Assembly: GCA_043727215.1 (NCBI GenBank)
Contig: JAYSYY010000046.1
Span: forward strand, 23,056-87,055
Direction of reading: 5' to 3'
From: Chitinophagaceae bacterium
Lineage (GTDB): Bacteria; Bacteroidota; Bacteroidia; Chitinophagales; Chitinophagaceae
DNA: 64,000 nucleotides
Shown in pieces: positions 59,701 to 64,000 of this stretch. The notes beneath the pieces are model-generated. The model worked only from the letters and a program-made list of their open reading frames with translations. It was not told the DNA's origin and did not search any database. Made by a program: the position numbers and the translations under genes. Position 1 is the stretch's first letter. Every line of letters starts with the position of its first letter.

Positions 59701-62700
59701 AGGCTGTTATCATCGCCAGTTTCGACATGGAGAACAAAACCGAACATTTTAATTATGCTTTTGAAAATGATGAGATAGTTATCCTGGATCCGAGACCCAT
59801 CAATACACTAAGGCAATTATTAATAGATAGAAAAAAAAGTATTTATATAGCTACAGAAGAACAGGCCAAAGAGGCATATGGATTAACCGCAATTGCCGCC
59901 ACAGAAATGCCTAAGTCTTTATTATTTGTTCCGATGCTTACGGGTAACATCATAAGAGGTTATGTAAGCCTCCAGAATATTGATACCGAAAATGCTTTCA
60001 GTGGCTCAGACATTCGCTTGCTGGAAACTCTAGCCAGTAGCATGAGTGTGGCTTTGGAAAATGCGAGACTTTTTGATGAAACAAGCAGGCTCCTGAAAGA
60101 AACGGAACAAAGAACAGCGGAACTGGCCGTGATAAACAGCGTGCAGGAAGGCCTGGCAAAGGAACTGGATATGGAGGGGATTTATAATCTTGTAGGAGAC
60201 CGGGTACAAAATTTGTTCACTGCACAATCAGTCATCATTGCCAGCTTTGACGCAGAAAACCAGCATGAATATTTTAATTACTTTTTTGAGAACGGGGAGA
60301 AATTCAAAGCTGAGCCAAGGCCACTCAATAAACTCCGGCAACAACTGATAGAACAAAAACACAGCATCTATATATCAACATCAGAACAAGCAATAAATGA
60401 ATATGGCCTGGTGCCAATTGGTGATACCCAAATGCCGAAGTCTTTATTGTTTGTGCCGCTTCTCACAGGTAATATCATAAGAGGCTATGTAAGCCTTCAA
60501 AATATTGATACCGAAAATGCATTTTCGGCATCCGATATTCGTCTGCTGGAAACACTTGCCAGCAGTATGAGTGTGGCATTGGAGAATGCAAGACTATTTG
60601 ATGAAACCAGCAGGCTGTTGAAAGAAACTGAACAACGAACAGCAGAATTGGGCATCATCAATAGTGTGCAGGAAGGACTCGCTTCCAAACTGGATATACA
60701 AGCGGTGTACGACCTCGTAGGTGACAAGATCCGGGACGTGTTTGATACACAGGGGATCTCCATATCATTCTATGACCGCCAGAAAAACTTCATTACACAT
60801 CCTTATTATCTTTTCAAGGGAAAACGAATAGAAGAACTCGGGTTTGAGCTGGGTAAAGGGCTTACCTCACACGTTATTCAAACAGCTCAGCCGTTGCTCA
60901 TCAATGAAAATGCAAAAGAACGTTTTGAGGAGCTGGGTGCAGTATTCGCAGTTTCAGAAACAGCAGAGACCGCAAAATCATGGTTAGGTGTTCCCCTCAT
61001 TTCAGGCGGAAAAGTAAATGGCACTATACGCCTGGAAAACTACGAACGGGAATTTGCTTATACAGAGTCAGACGTATCACTTTTGCAAACCCTTGCAAAC
61101 AGCATGAGTGTGGCATTAGAGAATGCCAGACTCTTCGATGAAACCAACCGCCTTCTGAATGAAACAGAACAACGCACAGCAGAACTAGCGGTGATCAACA
61201 GCGTGCAGGAAGGATTGGCAAAAGAACTGGATATGCAGGGTATTTATAACCTTGTTGGTGATCGTTTATGTGAATTATTTCCAGATTCGCAAACATTGGT
61301 GATCCGGACATTTGACCATGACACCGGTTTTGAACACTGGCATTATGCAAAAGAAAAAGGTATCCTGCAAATTGTGGAACCGCGGCCATTTAACTGGAAC
61401 AGCAAACAATTGATTGCGACAAAAAAACCATTAGACATCCAGGAAAACTACATCGAAGTCTCCAAACAACACGGAGGCACGGGGGTTACTTTTGGCCGCC
61501 CGCCAAAGTCGGCAGTTTTTGTACCTATGATGTCAGGAGATACAGTAAAAGGTTCCATCAGCCTGCAGAACGTGGACAAGGAAAATGCCTTTACAGATTC
61601 TGATCTCAGGCTGCTGACTACCATTACCAACAGCATGAGTGTGGCACTGGAAAATGCGAGATTATTTGCCGAAACAACACGCCTGCTGAATGAAACAAAA
61701 CAGCGTACGGGCGAATTGGCTGTTATCAACAGCGTACAGGAGGGGCTGGTGCGGGAAATGGATATGCAGGCAATCTATGAAATTGTGGGAGACCGGCTGT
61801 GTAACCTGTTTAATATTCAAACAGTGGTCATCCGGACATTTGATCACGAAACCGGTTTGGAACACTGGCAATATGCAAAAGAAAAAGGAGCACGCCAATA
61901 TGTAGAACCCCGTCCTTTTAACTGGAATAGTAAGCAACTGATTGCCACAAAAAAGCCTTTGGATATCAAAGAAAATTACCTGGAAACCTCTAAAAAATAT
62001 GGAGGCACAGGCGTTACAACAGGCGAGCCGCCGAAATCTGCAGTTTTTGTTCCGATGATTGTAGGGGATGTGGTAAAGGGTTCGGTCAGTTTACAGAATG
62101 TTGACAAAGAAAATGCCTTCAGTGAATCTGATCTGAGTTTGTTGACTACCCTTACGAATAGTATGAGTGTGGCACTTGAAAATGCCCGTTTATTTGATGA
62201 AACCACTCTCCTGCTGGGGGAATCAAAACAAAGAGCTGCAGAATTAAGTACTGTAAACAGCATCAGCAAGGCATTGGCTTCGCAATTAGACCCCGATGAC
62301 CTGATCCAGATGGTCGGAGACCAGTTGAAGAATTTATTTAAGGCCAACATTGTATACCTCGCCTTATTAAACCAGAAAACAAAGATCATTTACTTCCCTT
62401 ACCAGTACGGCGATGATATGCCCCCACTAAAATTGGGGGATGGCTTAACTTCAAAAATAATCCTGAATGGCGAGCCATTATTGATTAATAAGGATCTGCA
62501 GGAACTTCGCATGCAAATGGGCGTAAAACAAATTGGCGTACCTGCTGCCTCCTACCTGGGTGTGCCCATACCGGTAGGCGACGAAAACATTGGTGTACTA
62601 AGTGTACAAAGCACCGAACATGAAAATCAATTTAATGAAAACGACCTCCGTCTCTTGTCAACCATTGCTTCTTCTGTGGGTGTAGCGCTGAACAACGCAA

Positions 62701-64000
62701 CCTTGTTTGAGGATGTGAAGCAGGCAAAAATGGAAGCTGAAGCGGCCAGCAAAGCAGCGGAAAAAGCAAACGAAGCAAAAAGCGCTTTTCTTTCTACGGT
62801 CAGCCATGAACTGAGGACACCTCTTACCTCCGTCCTCGGTTTTGCAAAGATCATCCGGAAAAGGCTGGATGAAAAGATCTTTCCAATAGTAAATCACACG
62901 GATGCAAAAACAGAAAAAACAGTCGCCCAGATCTCTGAAAACCTGCAGGTGGTTATCTCCGAGGGTGAAAGACTCACTCACCTGATCAATGATGTACTGG
63001 ACCTGGCAAAAATTGAAGCAGGCAAAATGGAATGGAACCAGGAAAATGTTTCCCTGCCCGAAGTTGCCGAGAGAGCTATTGCCGCTACCACCTCTCTGTT
63101 TGATCAGAAATCCCTGAAGCTCATAAAAGAAATAGATCCCGACCTGCCGGAAATAACTGGTGACAAGGACAAACTCATCCAGGTAATGATCAACCTTATT
63201 TCCAATTCGGTAAAATTTACCAATAAGGGATCAGTAACCTGTAAAGTTTTCTGCAAAAAGAATGAACTGGTGGTGAGCATTGCAGATACCGGCATCGGCA
63301 TTGCTCCGGAAGATTTTTCGGCCGTGTTTGAACAATTTAAACAGGTAGGCGGGGACACGCTTACTGACAAACCAAAAGGTACCGGCCTTGGTCTCCCCAT
63401 CTGCAAAGAAATAGTGGAACACCACGGCGGAAGAATATGGTTGGAAAGCCAGCCCGGTAAAGGAAGCACTTTTTCTTTTGCGATCCCGCTTAATAAGACC
63501 GAAGAAACCCGGCCCGTTCACCTGGACGACCTGGTGCGCCAGCTCAAAGAGCAGGTAGCACATTCCCGGCTCAAAGTAAACGGGCATTCTCCCTGCATTC
63601 TTATTGTAGATGATGATGACTCGATACGTTCGCTGCTGCACCAGGAATTGGGAGACCAGGGCTACATGATCGAGGAAGCAAAAAATGGTAAAGAAGCGCT
63701 GGCTTGTGTAAGAAAACAGCGGCCGGACCTGATCATCCTGGATATCATGATGCCCGAAATGAATGGCTTTGATGTGGCCGCTGTATTAAAGAATGATCCG
63801 CAAACCATGGACATCCCCATCATTGTGTTATCAATTGTGCAGGACAAAGCGAGAGGTTTCCGGATAGGAGTAGACAGGTACCTTACGAAGCCGATCGACA
63901 CCAATCTTTTATTTGCAGAAATAGGTAGCCTGCTGGAACAGGGTAAATCAAAAAAGAAAGTAATGATCGTGGATGAAGACTCCGGAACAGTGAATGCATT
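53739..64000 (+). CDS. Giant cytoplasmic hybrid histidine kinase: 17 tandem GAF domains, HisKA, HATPase_c, REC, start of a second REC (3'-partial, at least 3420 aa)
   Basis: Hand translation from ATG 53739 (MLIMVKDAFRIAELEKLL...). INSVQE-type motif in frame 17 times (53841 to 62253); SHELRTPL with His codon at 62805; NLISNSVKF, DTGIGI, GTGLGL; ILIVDDD...DLIILDIMMP...LTKP; KVMIVDED at the window end. Absent from the ORF track, consistent with no in-frame stop before 64000. Confidence 0.95.
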   Translation, partial: MLIMVKDAFRIAELEKLLAERTAELIQQSEELSVINSVQEALVQEMDMQAIYDLVGNKIQELFDAQVVMIATFDHEAGTETFQYMFENGERFYPESRPYDKLRTHLIDTKQKILINTAEEGFTWFGGKVLPGTKDLKAGLFVPLISGEKITSYISLQNVDKEYAFSESDVRLLETLANSMSTALQNARLLKETEQRTAELAVINSVQEGLAKELDIQAIYDLVGDRIRNLFDAQVVGIATFDHDKQTEHIQYLIEKGERYYPAPLPLNILRKHLIQTKEKILINKNFEEVAATFGVKKLPGTELPRSALYVPLVIGDKVTGYTSLQNIDKENAFSDSDVRLLETLANTMGVALENARLFDETTRLLKETEQQKAELGVINSVQEGLAKELDMQAIYDLVGDRIQELFNAQAVIIATFDHDAATESFKYLIEDGQRFYLAPRPYDKLRRHLIMTRQKMVINTNYEEAVARFDLKILPGTNMTKSGVFVPLIIGDKVNSYISLQNMEIENAFSESDIRLLETLANSMSVALENARLFDETNRLLKETEQRTAELAVINSVQEGLARELDMQAIYDLVGNKIREVFDAQVVIIASFDHDNGTEKFNYMIEKGEQFYPDPRRYDKLRYQLIMTKQKILFNNNVTEALSEFGLKLISGTEMPKSILYVPLIVGNKVTSYVSLQNLDKENAFSESDVRLLETLANSMSVALENARLFDETNRLLKETEQGKAELAVINSVQEGLVREMDIQGIYNLVGDRVQKLFTAQCVIIATFDHEKKLEYFNYHIEKGELSHPDPRRFDKVRQHLIDTGQNILINEDYPKAAAEFGMKVVPGTEAPKSLLFMPLKVGDKVTGYVSLQNIDQENAFSFSDIRLLSTLANSMSVALENARLFDETNRLLKVTEHRTAELSVINSVQEGLAKELHIQGIYELVGEKVREIFNAQVIDIVTYDRSTNLIEDRYSFEKGDRTLAGSRVPIGFRKHLIDTGQLLLINEDLENKSIEFNSPVVQGEQPKSLVFVPLISGNEVKGMISLQDLDKEHAFSDSDVRLLVTLANSMTVALENARLFDETNRLLKETEQRTAELSVINSVQEGLAKELDIQGIYELVGEKVREIFNAQVIDIVTYDKKTNLIEDRYAYEKGDRTLVGSWEPAGFRKHVIDTAQLLLINEELDKKSIEFSSTVIHGELPKSVVFVPLTSGNEVKGMISLQDLDRDHAFSDSDVRLLVTLANSMSVALQNARLFDETNRLLKETEQRNAELAVINSVQESLVAKMDMQGIYELVGEKIREIFDAQVIDIVMYDHYANLLEDRYSYEKGDRTLVGPREPKGFRKHIIQTKQLLLHNEHVLEAMREYDNEVLIGEVPKSHVYVPMIAGGEVKGIISLQNLDHEQAFSVSDVNLLTTLANSMSVALESARLFDETNRLLKETEQRNAELAVINSVQESLVAKMDMQGIYELVGEKIREIFDAQVIDIVTYDNAANLIEDRYAYEKGDRTLIGSRQPKGFRKHVIETRQLLLHNENVPQAILDYGNEILIGEMPKSQVYVPMIAVGEVKGIISLQNLDHEHAFSSSDVNLLTTLANSMSVALESARLFDETTRLLNETEQRTAELSVINSVQQGLAKELDIQGIYELVGEKMREIFSAQVIDIVTYDPKLNLIEDRYSFEKGDTTLLGPREPKGFRKHIITTGQQLVINKDFDRINLQYNNTILIGEHPKSAVLVPMKSGGKVNGMISLQNLDHENAFSDSDVNLLNTLANSMSVALENARLFDETNRLLKETEQRTAELSVINSVQEGLAKELDIQGIYELVGEKMRAIFNAQVIDIVTYDKTTDLIEDRYTYEKGDRTLLGARPLKGFRRHVIETAKPFVINKDVDLIRTQYDQTVIIGVSAKSLVFVPMIAGAEVTGVISLQNLDQENAFPDSDVNLLTTFANSMSVALENARLFDETTRLLKETEQRTAELAVINSVQDGLAKELDMQGIYNLVGDRVQKLFNAQAVIIASFDMENKTEHFNYAFENDEIVILDPRPINTLRQLLIDRKKSIYIATEEQAKEAYGLTAIAATEMPKSLLFVPMLTGNIIRGYVSLQNIDTENAFSGSDIRLLETLASSMSVALENARLFDETSRLLKETEQRTAELAVINSVQEGLAKELDMEGIYNLVGDRVQNLFTAQSVIIASFDAENQHEYFNYFFENGEKFKAEPRPLNKLRQQLIEQKHSIYISTSEQAINEYGLVPIGDTQMPKSLLFVPLLTGNIIRGYVSLQNIDTENAFSASDIRLLETLASSMSVALENARLFDETSRLLKETEQRTAELGIINSVQEGLASKLDIQAVYDLVGDKIRDVFDTQGISISFYDRQKNFITHPYYLFKGKRIEELGFELGKGLTSHVIQTAQPLLINENAKERFEELGAVFAVSETAETAKSWLGVPLISGGKVNGTIRLENYEREFAYTESDVSLLQTLANSMSVALENARLFDETNRLLNETEQRTAELAVINSVQEGLAKELDMQGIYNLVGDRLCELFPDSQTLVIRTFDHDTGFEHWHYAKEKGILQIVEPRPFNWNSKQLIATKKPLDIQENYIEVSKQHGGTGVTFGRPPKSAVFVPMMSGDTVKGSISLQNVDKENAFTDSDLRLLTTITNSMSVALENARLFAETTRLLNETKQRTGELAVINSVQEGLVREMDMQAIYEIVGDRLCNLFNIQTVVIRTFDHETGLEHWQYAKEKGARQYVEPRPFNWNSKQLIATKKPLDIKENYLETSKKYGGTGVTTGEPPKSAVFVPMIVGDVVKGSVSLQNVDKENAFSESDLSLLTTLTNSMSVALENARLFDETTLLLGESKQRAAELSTVNSISKALASQLDPDDLIQMVGDQLKNLFKANIVYLALLNQKTKIIYFPYQYGDDMPPLKLGDGLTSKIILNGEPLLINKDLQELRMQMGVKQIGVPAASYLGVPIPVGDENIGVLSVQSTEHENQFNENDLRLLSTIASSVGVALNNATLFEDVKQAKMEAEAASKAAEKANEAKSAFLSTVSHELRTPLTSVLGFAKIIRKRLDEKIFPIVNHTDAKTEKTVAQISENLQVVISEGERLTHLINDVLDLAKIEAGKMEWNQENVSLPEVAERAIAATTSLFDQKSLKLIKEIDPDLPEITGDKDKLIQVMINLISNSVKFTNKGSVTCKVFCKKNELVVSIADTGIGIAPEDFSAVFEQFKQVGGDTLTDKPKGTGLGLPICKEIVEHHGGRIWLESQPGKGSTFSFAIPLNKTEETRPVHLDDLVRQLKEQVAHSRLKVNGHSPCILIVDDDDSIRSLLHQELGDQGYMIEEAKNGKEALACVRKQRPDLIILDIMMPEMNGFDVAAVLKNDPQTMDIPIIVLSIVQDKARGFRIGVDRYLTKPIDTNLLFAEIGSLLEQGKSKKKVMIVDEDSGTVNA
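53841..62740 (+). repeat. Intragenic tandem array of 17 GAF-coding units of about 525 bp
   Basis: Unit starts at 53841, 54345, 54873, 55401, 55929, 56457, 56982, 57507, 58032, 58557, 59082, 59607, 60132, 60657, 61194, 61725, 62253; all spacings (504-537 bp) are multiples of 3. Confidence 0.93.

Noticed and set aside
53841-62740. GAF array as an assembly artefact or a CRISPR-like repeat-spacer array
   Set aside because: Units differ extensively, including at synonymous positions in the conserved linkers, fall into distinct subfamilies and stay in frame. The period of about 525 bp is coding and there are no cas genes.
53841-62740. Cyanobacteriochrome or phytochrome photoreceptor array
   Set aside because: No conserved bilin-binding Cys (CH or DXCF) or DIP motif in the units I translated; Cys is rare and not conserved in position.
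54194-63904. About 25 short ORFs in the track, mostly minus strand and many resembling each other (e.g. ...SCTLLMT.SSAVRCSVS...)
   Set aside because: They are antisense or off-frame shadows of the repeated GAF linker and kinase domains of the long plus-strand ORF, not a repeated small-gene family.
1-64000. tRNA, rRNA, IS transposase, integrase or prophage genes
   Set aside because: None recognised by eye; a tRNAscan/Rfam/ISEScan run would be needed to exclude small or degenerate elements.

Overview
Bacteroidota chromosomal segment; gene content and style suggest Chitinophagaceae, which is an inference. I saw no rRNA, tRNA, CRISPR array or transposase. Positions 1-33.8 kb hold housekeeping and envelope genes: secG, mltG, YihY, lpdA, a T9SS-type M43 protease, glutaminyl cyclase, a TPR/beta-barrel/HU-like operon, dacB, cinA, a HipA-like kinase/DUF3037 pair, a DEAD-box helicase, and pxpBCA with a transporter. 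Positions 33.9-53.4 kb are an accessory block around a hybrid two-component system with no SusC/SusD. It encodes three DUF1624 membrane proteins, DUF418, an AmpG-like MFS, two APC permeases and several normally cytoplasmic enzyme folds carrying export signals (M20, cupin-like, Rid, VOC, intradiol dioxygenase). The main feature is missing from the ORF track because it has no stop inside the window: a + strand ORF from 53739 past 64000 (at least 3420 aa). It encodes a soluble hybrid histidine kinase with 17 tandem GAF domains arranged in subfamily blocks, followed by HisKA, HATPase and at least two receiver domains. All domain calls come from motif reading by eye, not database searches.
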